A DNA stretch of 64,000 nucleotides, taken from positions 736,001-800,000 of the forward strand of contig CBDCWG010000012.1 of assembly GCA_965223345.1 (NCBI GenBank), read 5' to 3'. The translations under genes and the position numbers were made by a program. Positions within the stretch are counted from its first letter, which is position 1. The number at the start of each line of letters is the position of its first letter. The DNA is from Nitrospinales bacterium. Lineage in GTDB: Bacteria; Nitrospinota; Nitrospinia; Nitrospinales; VA-1. Of the stretch, positions 8,908 through 18,281 are shown piece after piece. The notes beneath the pieces are model-generated. The model was not told where the DNA came from. It saw nothing but the letters and a program-made list of their open reading frames with translations, and made no database searches.

Positions 8908-11900
8908 ATGAAAACCCCTCGCATCGGGTTTGTTTTGATTCTGCTGTTTCTGGTATTTCCGGTTTCCGGGGCGTTGTCGGAAAACAGCGGGACGGACACC
9001 CGTGGGCATAAAGAGTTTTCCATCCTGGACAAGGACGGAAAAAAAATCTGGCTTTATAAGGAAAGCCATGCCCTCGTTGTGGGTATCAGCGATTACCGCA
9101 AAGGCTGGCCGGATGTCCCCGGCATCAAGAACGACATCCGCGCGGTGTCGGAAGTGCTCGAGGCACAGGGGTTTCACGTCAAGGTCGTGGAGAACCCCTC
9201 TCAGACGGAACTGGAAAACGCCTTTCGCAATTTCATCCTCACACACGGTCTCAAACCCGAAAACCGCCTGCTGTTTTATTTCGCCGGGCACGGCTACACC
9301 CACAAACCCAGTTATGCGGTGAAAGATCCGGATGAATGGATGGGATACATCGTGTCCCGCGATGCGCCCGACCCGCGTCAGGACCTGCCCGGTTTTTTCC
9401 GTCACGCGCTCAGCATGCAGAACATGGAAGAGATGGCGCTGAAGATCGAATCCAAGCATGCCATTTTCGTGTTCGACAGTTGTTTTTCCGGTTCCGTGTT
9501 TGCGTTTAGCCGTGCGATCCCGCGCGATATCCGGGAACGCACCTCCAAACCGGTGCGCCAGTTCATCACCGCCGGCAACGCCGACCAGCAGATTCCGGAC
9601 ATCAGCATCTTTCGCAGACAGTTCACCGCCGCCTTGTCCGGAGAGGGGGACAAAAACAAGGACGGCTACCTCACCGGCACCGAGCTGGGCATGTATCTTG
9701 AGGAAACGGTCACCAACCTGAGCCGGGGATCGCAGACACCGCAATACGGGAAAATCCGCCATCGCCGGCTCAACAAAGGGGATTTCGTGTTTCCGTTGCA
9801 GGCTCCGCAGGGAACCGAGGTCGCTTCCAGCGGTTCGGGTTCCGGAGAAGAAACGGCGCTGGACCGGCTGCTGCGCGAGGTCAAAAAGAAAATCTTCAAA
9901 AAGGAAGAACGGGAAAAGAATATCGAATCGCATTTCGCCAAACTGCAGGAGCTGGACGGGGTCGATGAAAGCCTGGTTTCCCGCAGCGTGAAGATCAAAT
10001 CCTGGCAGGACTTTATCAAGAAATATCCCGAGGACAATCCCCGGCTGGATGAAGCCAACAAGCGGCTGCTCAGCTTGAAAGGGTCGGACAAAGGCAAGGC
10101 GGTGCAGAAACGCTACCGGGAAATCCTCGCCAAAGTGGAAACGATGGATTCCTATGACGGCAAAGCCAGCCTGTGGAAGGAATTCGTCGCCGCCTACCCG
10201 GATAACAATCCCCGACTGAAAGAAGCCAAAGGCCGCATTCAGGAACTCGAAAAGCAGATCCGGCTTGAAGGCCTGGAGAAGCAGTACGCGCTGCTTCTGG
10301 ATAAAGAAAAAAAGGTGAAGTCCCCGGAAGACAAGATCCGCATGTGGAAAGGGTTCACGGAAAAATATCCGGACCGCAACCCGCACCTGAAAGAGGCGAA
10401 TGAAAAACTGGAAGAGATTCGCAAAGAAAAGAAAGTCCGCGACGAATACGACAAGCTGGTCAAGCTGGATAAGGATTCGGCCTCGTTTGAGGAAAAAGCC
10501 GGCCGCTGGAAGAAATTTATAGAGCAATATCCGAAAGACAACCCGCGGTTGAAGGATGCCAAAGCCAAGCAGAAAAAATGGATGCAGAAAAACCGCGAGA
10601 AAAACATCGAAGAGCAGGTGGCCAGTATCCTGTCGCTGGATAAGAAAGAGGCGACCCTGGAAGAGAAGCAGGCGGCGTGGCAGGGGTTTCTCACGCAGTT
10701 TCCGGAGAAAAATTCCCGCACCGAGTTTGCCCGCAAGAAACTCAAGCAACTGAAAAAAGCGAAAGTGAAGCAGGAGAAGGAAAAGCTGGCGGCGGTGCGA
10801 AAGAAAATGGAAGCGCAGCGCAGGGAGAATCAGCTGAAGAAGGAGCGTCTGGCGGAAGAGCGGCGTAAGCTGGAAGAAAAACGAAAAGCCGTCGAGGCCA
10901 AAAAGAAAAAAAAGGAACAGCAACCCCAAAAAAAGCTGGCCTCCCTGGTGCCGGCCCCACCCGAGGAGAAAGCGTTGCCTGTGCCCGCCAAGGTGAGTGG
11001 GATGGTTCAGGTTCCTGCGGGCGAGTATTATGCCGGCGAAGTGGGATCCTTGAAACCGGTGCGCACGCAAGCGTTTTACATCGATACGCGTGAGGTGACG
11101 CAGAAGGAATTTGAGCAGGTGATGGGCAGCAACCCGTCGCATTTCAAAGGTGCGGACCGCCCGGTGGAACGGGTGACCTGGAAGCAGGCGAAAGAGTATT
11201 GCAGCAAGGTGGGCAAGCGCCTGCCGAAGATGGTCGAGTGGGAAAAAGCGGCGCGCGCCGGCACCCGCACGCGGTTTTACTGGGGCGACCGGCTGCAGAA
11301 AAACAAGGCCAATTGCGATGGCTGCGGCAGCCGGTGGGATGGCAACGAAACAGCGCCGGTGGGCAGCTTCCCGCCCAACAAACTCGGGTTGTACGACATG
11401 GCCGGCAACGTGTGGGAATGGGTGGAGGAATCGCACGACGAACTCAACAAATACCTGCGCGGCGGTTCCTGGCTGGACGACACCGTGCAGGTGCAGTCGG
11501 ACGGCACTTATTTCGTGCGGCCGGACAACCGCAGCTACGACATCGGGTTTCGCTGTGTCAGCGACCGGGCGCCCTCGCCCAATCAGAAACTCGCTTCCCT
11601 CAAGCCGGTGGCTTCCCGGGCCCGGGCGTCTCTGGGAGGGACTTCCGACGGCATGGTGCGGATTGCGGCCGGTGAATACTATGCCGGCGGGGTCGGTTCG
11701 TTGAAACCCGTCCGCACCAAAACATTTTTCATCGATGCGCGGGAAGTGACACAGAAGGAATACGAGAAGGTGATGGGCAACAATCCGTCGCATTTCAAAG
11801 GTGCGGACCGCCCGGTGGAACGGGTGACGTGGCATGATGCGCGCCAGTACTGCGAGAAACTGGGCAAACGTCTGCCGAAGATGGCCGAGTGGGAAAAAGC

Positions 11901-12216
11901 GGCGCGCGCCGGCACCCGCACGCGGTTTTACTGGGGCGACAAGCTGGGCAACAACCAGGCGAACTGCGATGGCTGCGGCAGCCGGTGGGACGGCCGCAAG
12001 ACGGCGCCGGTGGGCAGCTTCCCGCCCAACCAGTTCGGGCTGTACGACATGGCGGGCAATGTGTGGGAGTGGGTGGACGAATCGCACGACGAACACAACA
12101 AATACCTGCGCGGCGGTTCGTGGCTGGACGATTCGAGCAACGTGCAGTCGGATGGCACCTATTTTGTGCGGCCGGACAACAAAAGCTACGACATCGGTTT
12201 TCGCTGTGCAAAATAA
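8908..12216 (+). CDS. Exported caspase-like (C14) peptidase + helical repeats + two FGE-sulfatase (SUMF1-like) domains
   Basis: Signal peptide MKTPRIGFVLILLFLVF. Catalytic motifs FYFAGHG and FDSCFSG. Five W..F...YP..NP repeats. Two domains each with RLP...EWEKAAR, GLYDMAGNVWEW, RGGSW and IGFRC. Confidence 0.85.
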   Translation: MKTPRIGFVLILLFLVFPVSGALSENSGTDTRGHKEFSILDKDGKKIWLYKESHALVVGISDYRKGWPDVPGIKNDIRAVSEVLEAQGFHVKVVENPSQTELENAFRNFILTHGLKPENRLLFYFAGHGYTHKPSYAVKDPDEWMGYIVSRDAPDPRQDLPGFFRHALSMQNMEEMALKIESKHAIFVFDSCFSGSVFAFSRAIPRDIRERTSKPVRQFITAGNADQQIPDISIFRRQFTAALSGEGDKNKDGYLTGTELGMYLEETVTNLSRGSQTPQYGKIRHRRLNKGDFVFPLQAPQGTEVASSGSGSGEETALDRLLREVKKKIFKKEEREKNIESHFAKLQELDGVDESLVSRSVKIKSWQDFIKKYPEDNPRLDEANKRLLSLKGSDKGKAVQKRYREILAKVETMDSYDGKASLWKEFVAAYPDNNPRLKEAKGRIQELEKQIRLEGLEKQYALLLDKEKKVKSPEDKIRMWKGFTEKYPDRNPHLKEANEKLEEIRKEKKVRDEYDKLVKLDKDSASFEEKAGRWKKFIEQYPKDNPRLKDAKAKQKKWMQKNREKNIEEQVASILSLDKKEATLEEKQAAWQGFLTQFPEKNSRTEFARKKLKQLKKAKVKQEKEKLAAVRKKMEAQRRENQLKKERLAEERRKLEEKRKAVEAKKKKKEQQPQKKLASLVPAPPEEKALPVPAKVSGMVQVPAGEYYAGEVGSLKPVRTQAFYIDTREVTQKEFEQVMGSNPSHFKGADRPVERVTWKQAKEYCSKVGKRLPKMVEWEKAARAGTRTRFYWGDRLQKNKANCDGCGSRWDGNETAPVGSFPPNKLGLYDMAGNVWEWVEESHDELNKYLRGGSWLDDTVQVQSDGTYFVRPDNRSYDIGFRCVSDRAPSPNQKLASLKPVASRARASLGGTSDGMVRIAAGEYYAGGVGSLKPVRTKTFFIDAREVTQKEYEKVMGNNPSHFKGADRPVERVTWHDARQYCEKLGKRLPKMAEWEKAARAGTRTRFYWGDKLGNNQANCDGCGSRWDGRKTAPVGSFPPNQFGLYDMAGNVWEWVDESHDEHNKYLRGGSWLDDSSNVQSDGTYFVRPDNKSYDIGFRCAK
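10003..10740 (+). repeat. Five intragenic ~57-aa helical repeats
   Basis: The Trp codons of WQDF/WKEF/WKGF/WKKF/WQGF lie at 10003, 10174, 10345, 10507 and 10678 (spacing 171, 171, 162, 171 nt). Confidence 0.85.
10999..12207 (+). repeat. Direct duplication of a 558-nt FGE domain (10999-11556 and 11650-12207)
   Basis: The two copies are collinear and the same length, with long identical DNA tracts such as gagtgggaaaaagcggcgcgcgccggcacccgcacgcggttttactggggcgac. Confidence 0.9.
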
Positions 12217-12271
12217 TACTTTATTCCAATCGGTCCTTTTGTGATGATGGGTACTTTGCAGCGAGGAGGCC

Positions 12272-12520
12272 ATGGCGGAAATCAAATTTGAAAAAGCGAT
12301 GAAGCGGCTGGAGCAGATTGTCGAGGAGCTGGAAAAAGGCGAGCTCGATATCGACAAATCGCTTGAGATTTTCGAGGAGGGCATCAAAATGTCCCGTGTC
12401 TGTTCCAAAAAGCTCAATGAGGCGGAGGCGAAGATCGAAAAGCTGACGCAGGACAAGAAGGGGGAGTTGATCACGGAATTGTTCCCGGTGGAAGAAGAGG
12501 ACAAGGATGCCCCCGATTAA
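12272..12520 (+). CDS. xseB: Exodeoxyribonuclease VII small subunit
   Basis: FEKAMKRLEQIVEELEKG...SLEIFEEG; AGGAGG RBS. Confidence 0.95.
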   Translation: MAEIKFEKAMKRLEQIVEELEKGELDIDKSLEIFEEGIKMSRVCSKKLNEAEAKIEKLTQDKKGELITELFPVEEEDKDAPD

Positions 12521-13300
12521 AAAAATCCGTCTCGATCAGCTGCTGGTAAAAAAAAACTCTCCCCGTCGCGGGAACAGGCGCAAGGGTTGATCCTTGCCGG
12601 AAAAGTGAGGGTCAACGCGTGCGTGGCGGCAAAGCCCGGGGCGCACGTCACGGAAGACAGCCGCGTGGAGGTCTCGGGACCGCTTCACCCGTATGTGAGC
12701 CGGGGAGGTCTCAAGCTCGCGCATGCTTTGGAGGCGTTCGGTCTTTCGCCGCACGGCAAAGTCGTCGCGGACATCGGGGCGTCCACGGGAGGCTTCACCG
12801 ATTGTCTCTTGCAGCAGGGAGCCGAAAAAGTTTATGCGGTGGACGTCGGCTACGGGCAGCTCGACTGGAAGCTGCAGAACGACCCGCGGGTCGTTCGCCG
12901 GGACCGGACCAACGCCCGCTATCTCTCAACAGAAGATTTTGATTCTCCCATCGATCTTGCCGTCGTCGATGTTTCGTTCATTTCCCTAAAGCTCATCTTC
13001 CCACCGTTGTTTGCCATTCTGCATCTTAAGGGCGACTGCGTCGCCCTCGTCAAACCGCAGTTTGAAGTGGGCAGGGACGAAGTGGAAAACAAGGGGATCA
13101 TCCGCGATCCGCAAAAGCACCTCAACGTGCTTTTGGAATTGACCGTTTGTGTCGAAACGCTGGGAGGCGGCGTTCTCGGCCTGACCTCTTCCCCGGTACT
13201 CGGGCAGAAAGGCAACCGGGAGTTTCTCATCCATTGCGCACCTCAAAAACGCGGACCTTCTTTGCCAGAGGAGCGCATCCGCAGAGAAGTGAATTCATGA
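12507..13300 (+). CDS. tlyA: TlyA family rRNA 2'-O-methyltransferase, with a frameshift at A9 (12548-12556)
   Basis: Motifs YVSRGGLKL, DIGASTGGFTD, VDVGYGQL, DVSFISL, LVKPQFE and GNREF. The S4-like N-terminus MPPIKKIRLDQLLV from ATG 12507 is in a different frame from the rest. Confidence 0.9.
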
Positions 13301-13325
13301 CAACATTTTTCATGCGAGCGTTCCC

Positions 13326-13913
13326 ATGATCTTGAGTGGCAACGATATCCTGGATAAAGTGGACGCGGGTTTGTTCGTGATCGAACCGAAACCGGAGGCG
13401 GACCAGATCGATGCCACGGCGATCGACCTGCGTATGGGGCAGTCCTTGTGGCTGTGGGACATCGAGGCGATCCAGAAAAGCGGCAACGAAAAAGGCGAGG
13501 AAACGCTGCGCATCGATGTGGACCGCATGAACTACGCGGAACTGACAGAAAACTACTTGCGGGAAGTGGCGTTGAACGCGACGGGCCAGTACGTGATCGA
13601 GCCGCAACGGGTGTACCTGGCATCGACGCACGAAAAAGTGGCGCTGCCCACGGGGTCGCGGCTGGCGGCGCGCATCGAAGGGAAGAGCAGTCTCGCCCGC
13701 CTCGGGCTCGCGGTTCACATCACCGCACCCACCATCCACTGCGGCAGCGGGCTCGGGATCATCACTCTGGAGATGTACAACCAGGGACCGTTTTCTCTGG
13801 AGATGACACCGGGAAGCTCGCGGATTTGCCAGCTCATTTTAGAAGAGGTGTCGAGCGAACCGGAGGAGAGGACGGGGCGCCGCTTCATGGATCAGAAAAC
13901 GCCCAAGGGGTGA
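13326..13913 (+). CDS. dcd: dCTP deaminase
   Basis: Motifs MILS..DI, AIDLR, EGKSSLARLGL, TAPTI, ITLE..N and RICQL. Confidence 0.85.
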   Translation: MILSGNDILDKVDAGLFVIEPKPEADQIDATAIDLRMGQSLWLWDIEAIQKSGNEKGEETLRIDVDRMNYAELTENYLREVALNATGQYVIEPQRVYLASTHEKVALPTGSRLAARIEGKSSLARLGLAVHITAPTIHCGSGLGIITLEMYNQGPFSLEMTPGSSRICQLILEEVSSEPEERTGRRFMDQKTPKG

Positions 13914-13917
13914 AGGG

Positions 13918-14274
13918 TTAAACTTCGTCCTTGTAAACGATGAAGCTGTCCACCGGATAAACCAGGTGGGATTCGCCCCACTGCCCTTCGGCGTCCAGCT
14001 GCCACTCCGACTCGTCTTCGAGAAACTTCATGCGGATGCCGCCGCTGCCGCCATAGATGAGCAGGGCGATGCCGTCGCCGGATTCTTCCACCTGACAGGC
14101 GTACGCGGGACAGGGTCGGTTGGTCTGCGAATCCCAGCCCGTGACCTGCACCGGCTGGTCTTCGATCCCACGCTGGTATTTGATGCAGAACACCTCGCGC
14201 GGCGGGGACACGTCGCGGTAGAGCATGGTGATGCCATTCTCGGTGTTGGGATTGGATTCCACTTCCAGATACAT
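13918..14274 (-). CDS. Hypothetical acidic protein (118 aa)
   Basis: Fills the gap between dcd and the HD-GYP gene with a protein-like composition; no family recognised. Confidence 0.7.
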   Translation of the reverse strand: MYLEVESNPNTENGITMLYRDVSPPREVFCIKYQRGIEDQPVQVTGWDSQTNRPCPAYACQVEESGDGIALLIYGGSGGIRMKFLEDESEWQLDAEGQWGESHLVYPVDSFIVYKDEV

Positions 14275-14429
14275 GGCGGCTCTCTGAATCTCTACAACAT
14301 CCTTGCGGGGAGCGAATCTTGGTCGAGTCCATCATAGCACCGGCCGGGTGGATTCCCCACGGGATTTTAGCGGTCGGGTATGAAAATGAAGTGGAACGCA
14401 GAGAAGGGGATCGATGCGGAGCGGCAAAC

Positions 14430-15407
14430 TCAGGTGCGGGCGAAGGCCCGGATGTACTCGACGAAAATCCGGTTGTCGAACTGACCGTTCATTTTCGTTT
14501 TCATCTCCGAAAGCGCCTCAAACGGGGTGAACGAGGGGCGGTATTGCCGTTTGCAGACCAGGGCGTTGAACACATCGGAAATGGTGCAGATCCGGGCAAC
14601 GGTGGAGATCCTCTCTCCCACCAGTCCGGCGGGATACCCCGATCCGTCGAACTTTTCGTGATGCTCCATGGCCATGGCCAGAATGTTGGGGGTGAAGCAT
14701 TTCATGTCGTTGAGCACTTTTTTGCCGGCTGAGGGGTGCTTGCGGATGTATTGCCATTCTTCCGGGGCCAGCTTGCCTTGTTTCTCGAGCACCGGCTCCG
14801 GAATCGTCTTCTTGCCGATATCGAACAGCATGCCCCCGAGCCCCAACTCCTGAATCTCTTTCGGGTCCATTTTAAATTTGGTGCCCAGATAGAGGTTGTA
14901 CAAGCCGGTGTTGGCGCAGTGGGTGTGGTGCTCGTTTTCCCTTTGCGTCAATTTGAAGATGTCCTTGGACTCCATTTTGCCGAGAGCCATGCAGGTCTGC
15001 ATGACATTGACGACATCGCCCAGGGAACGCAGGATGCGGGAGGAGCCGATGCTTTGAAAGTATTCCCGCAAGATCATCTGGGCGACCTGATAGCCGTCCT
15101 TGAGAATTTTCTCGAACGGCTCCTTCATGGACAGGCTTTGATTGAGATTTTGAATCAAAAAGTCGCGGTAGTAACGAATGAGGTCGTTTTCGTGGATGAA
15201 CAGCTTCTGGTGGCTGTCGGACTCCAGCAGTTTTCGGATCTTTATCCGGGTCTCGGGCGTGTAGCTTGCGAACTTTAAAAACTGCGGTTCGCGTTCGCTC
15301 TTGTCGAGCCGGTAATACAGCTCGAAACCGATTTCGGGCCCGGCTCTCCAGGCTTTGTCGAGGAAGCCGCGGTTGATTTCCCGGTAATATTGGCTGATCG
15401 AGTCCAT
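14430..15407 (-). CDS. HD-GYP domain protein with a degenerate HD motif
   Basis: HHEKFDGSGYP, RICTISDVFNAL and RQYR are present; LFDIGK replaces LHDIGK. Confidence 0.85.
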   Translation of the reverse strand: MDSISQYYREINRGFLDKAWRAGPEIGFELYYRLDKSEREPQFLKFASYTPETRIKIRKLLESDSHQKLFIHENDLIRYYRDFLIQNLNQSLSMKEPFEKILKDGYQVAQMILREYFQSIGSSRILRSLGDVVNVMQTCMALGKMESKDIFKLTQRENEHHTHCANTGLYNLYLGTKFKMDPKEIQELGLGGMLFDIGKKTIPEPVLEKQGKLAPEEWQYIRKHPSAGKKVLNDMKCFTPNILAMAMEHHEKFDGSGYPAGLVGERISTVARICTISDVFNALVCKRQYRPSFTPFEALSEMKTKMNGQFDNRIFVEYIRAFART

Positions 15408-15786
15408 TGTTTGTGTGCTGTAAAATTGAGGGATGCGTCTGAGGAACCCTCACACGCTTGACTCACTCCTTCAAAAGCAAACTGCGAATGCCCGGTACTG
15501 GATTGGGTGAAGTAATACCTTTTCGGAATATTCAAAAAAATCTTTAATTTCGCTGAAATTTCTATTGAATCTAGATAAAATTTAATTCTATTTTATCAAA
15601 GAACGTGCAGAAATACAATGACTTAGGCGGAATCGGTCTGCGGGGGGGCGACCCGGAAATTTTCGCCAGAAACGGGTGTTTTGCGGCGAATTTTTCTGGA
15701 GAATGCCCGGAATTGTGCTTAAATGTGGCCCCGAAGGGGGTTTTTGACAGCCAATATGCGAAAAAATCGTGGGGGATCCTAGAATC

Positions 15787-16539
15787 ATGCTGAAACTGGT
15801 GTTGCTGCGGCACGGTCAAAGTCAATGGAATCTGGAAAACCGGTTCACGGGGTGGACGGATGTGGATCTCACTCCCGAAGGGGAGCGGGAAGCCCGGAAT
15901 GCCGGCAAACTGCTGAAAGAGGAGGGGTACACCTTCGACATCGCGTACACCTCCGTGCTGAAACGGGCGATCCGCACGCTGTGGATCGTGCTGGACGAGA
16001 TGGACCTGATGTGGCTTCCCGTGCAGCGGTCCTGGCGCTTGAACGAGCGGCATTACGGCGGCTTGCAGGGGCTCAACAAGGCGGAGACCGCCGAAAAGCA
16101 CGGGGCGGACCAGGTTCTGGTCTGGCGGCGCAGCTATTCCACCCCGCCGCCGGCCCTGCCGGACGGGGACGAACGGTTGCCGGACACCGACCCGCGCTAC
16201 GCCGGCCTTGCCGCCAAAGACCTTCCGCGCACGGAAGCCCTGTCGCACACGGTGGAGCGCTTTCTGCCCTACTGGTTCGAGACCATCGTGCCGACGCTCC
16301 AGTCCGGAAAAAAAGTGCTGATCTGTGCGCACGGCAACAGCCTGCGGGCGCTGGTGAAACACCTGGACGGCATCAGCGAGGAGGAAATCGTGGGGCTCAA
16401 CATCCCCACCGGAATTCCCCTGGTGTACGAGCTGGATGGGGATCTGAAACCCATCAGGCACTACTACCTGGGTGACCCCGAGGCGGCGAAAAAAGCCGCG
16501 GAAGCAGTCGCCAAACAGGCGGGAAACAATCCCGGTTGA
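15787..16539 (+). CDS. gpmA: 2,3-bisphosphoglycerate-dependent phosphoglycerate mutase
   Basis: Motifs [37 protein letters not shown] and NIPTG. Confidence 0.97.
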   Translation: MLKLVLLRHGQSQWNLENRFTGWTDVDLTPEGEREARNAGKLLKEEGYTFDIAYTSVLKRAIRTLWIVLDEMDLMWLPVQRSWRLNERHYGGLQGLNKAETAEKHGADQVLVWRRSYSTPPPALPDGDERLPDTDPRYAGLAAKDLPRTEALSHTVERFLPYWFETIVPTLQSGKKVLICAHGNSLRALVKHLDGISEEEIVGLNIPTGIPLVYELDGDLKPIRHYYLGDPEAAKKAAEAVAKQAGNNPG

Positions 16540-16575
16540 GTTTTTTTGGGTGGATCGTGAGCCGGGAAAACCGCC

Positions 16576-18270
16576 TCACTCTTTGATCATCTGCTCGGCG
16601 TGCTTCAGAGTCACGTCGGTGATCGTTTCTCCGCCGGACATGCGGGCGATTTCGCGCACGCGCTGCGCGTGATCCAGTCGCTCGATCACCGAATGGGTGC
16701 GCTCATCCTTCACGGCTTTGTGCACCCGGTAATGCGCCGAGGCCATGCCCGCGATCTGCGGCAGGTGGGTGATGCAGAACACCTGCTTGCCGCGCGAGAC
16801 CTTTTTCAGCTTCAACCCCACCTTCTCGGCGACGTTGCCGCCGATGCCCGTGTCCACCTCGTCGAACACCATGACCGGAACCGGATCCTGTTCGTTGAGC
16901 GTGGATTTCAAGGCCAGCATCACCCGCGACAGTTCGCCGCCCGAGGCGATTTTTGCGAGCGGCCGCAACTGTTCGCCGGGATTGGATGAAAACAGAAACT
17001 CCATGCTGCCGATGCCCGTGGGGTAGAGGCGGACCTTGTTCTCCCGGAAACGCACGCAACTTTGCGGATCGGGTTCGTAATCGAAGCGAACGCCGAAACG
17101 GACCTGATTCATGTTCAGGTCCTTGAGTTCGCTTTCCACCTTCTTCTGGATTTCCTTGGCGGTCTGTTCGCGTTTGTGCGCCAGATCGACCGCCCGCTTT
17201 TCCAGTTCGTTCTCTTTTTCTTCGATCGATGCGATCAACTGGGTTTTGGTTTCTTCGCTGCTGGAAAAAGAATCCAGCTCCTTCGCCAGGGTCTCGCGGC
17301 GGGCCAGGATGCTGGCGACGTCGCTGCCGTATTTGCGTTTCAAGCCGTTGATCTCGGCCAGCCGGTCCTCGATTTCTTCCAGGCGGGCGGGATTGAATTC
17401 GATCGTGCGCGAGTAGGACCGGGTTTCTTCGAGCAGCTCTTCCATTTCAAAGTAACCGTTCTGCGCCCGCTCAGCGGGTTTTTTCAGCGCCTCGTCCACT
17501 TCGGCACAGGTCTCCAGTTCGCGCTGGACTTTGCGCAACATCTCGAGGATCGATCCGTCGGCTTCCGCCAGCAGGGCCTGGGTGGTTTGCAGACTCTGGG
17601 AAAGTTTTTCCGCGTGCACCAGCTTGTGTTTCTCCGCTTTGAGTTCCTCTTCTTCCGCCGGGCTGAGTCCCGCGTTGTCGATCTCCGCCAGCTGGAACCG
17701 CAAAAATTCCTCTTTTTGCAGACGGTCGCGCTCGTTGGTATGAAGATCCTGCAAACGCTTCCGCTCGCTTTGCCAGTCCTGGTGCAGGCGGCCCAGCTCT
17801 TCTTTCTCGCGCACGGTTTTGCCGTGCTTGTCCAGCAGCTCCAGGTGAGTCTCGGTGCGCAGCAGAGCCTGGTGATCGTGCTGGCCATGAATGTCCACCA
17901 GCCGTTGACCGATTTTGCTGAGCGTGGCGAGGGTGATGCTGTTGTCGTTCAGATAACAGCGGCTCTTGCCGGCGTGCGAGAGCGTGCGCTTGATGAAAAT
18001 CTCCCGGTCGCACACCTCGATTCCCAGATCGTTGAGTTCGCTGAGCAGAACCGCGTCGTCGGTATGAAACAGGGCTTCGACACTCAGGGATTGCTCGCCG
18101 GAACGGATCGCGTCTTTATCGGCGCGGCTCCCCAGAATGAGGTTGAGCGCGTCGATGAGGATCGATTTTCCCGCCCCGGTTTCCCCGGTCAGCACATTGA
18201 GCCCCGGCTTGAAATCGACGCGCAGCTGGTCGATGATGGCGAAATGCGTGATGTGAATTTCTTTGAGCAT
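16576..18270 (-). CDS. recN: DNA repair protein RecN
   Basis: Motifs LTGETGAGKS, HGQHDHQ, IASGGELSR, FDEVDTG and ITHLPQ. Confidence 0.97.
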   Translation of the reverse strand: MLKEIHITHFAIIDQLRVDFKPGLNVLTGETGAGKSILIDALNLILGSRADKDAIRSGEQSLSVEALFHTDDAVLLSELNDLGIEVCDREIFIKRTLSHAGKSRCYLNDNSITLATLSKIGQRLVDIHGQHDHQALLRTETHLELLDKHGKTVREKEELGRLHQDWQSERKRLQDLHTNERDRLQKEEFLRFQLAEIDNAGLSPAEEEELKAEKHKLVHAEKLSQSLQTTQALLAEADGSILEMLRKVQRELETCAEVDEALKKPAERAQNGYFEMEELLEETRSYSRTIEFNPARLEEIEDRLAEINGLKRKYGSDVASILARRETLAKELDSFSSSEETKTQLIASIEEKENELEKRAVDLAHKREQTAKEIQKKVESELKDLNMNQVRFGVRFDYEPDPQSCVRFRENKVRLYPTGIGSMEFLFSSNPGEQLRPLAKIASGGELSRVMLALKSTLNEQDPVPVMVFDEVDTGIGGNVAEKVGLKLKKVSRGKQVFCITHLPQIAGMASAHYRVHKAVKDERTHSVIERLDHAQRVREIARMSGGETITDVTLKHAEQMIKE

Positions 18271-18281
18271 GGACGGTTCCT

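Noticed and set aside
10999..12207. Diversity-generating retroelement TR/VR pair in the FGE repeats
   Set aside because: The differences are not confined to adenines and many are synonymous. Both copies are coding, and there is no reverse transcriptase in the window.
8902..12504. 1200-aa antisense ORF
   Set aside because: A shadow frame of the Lys/Glu-rich caspase gene and xseB, with no recognisable motifs.
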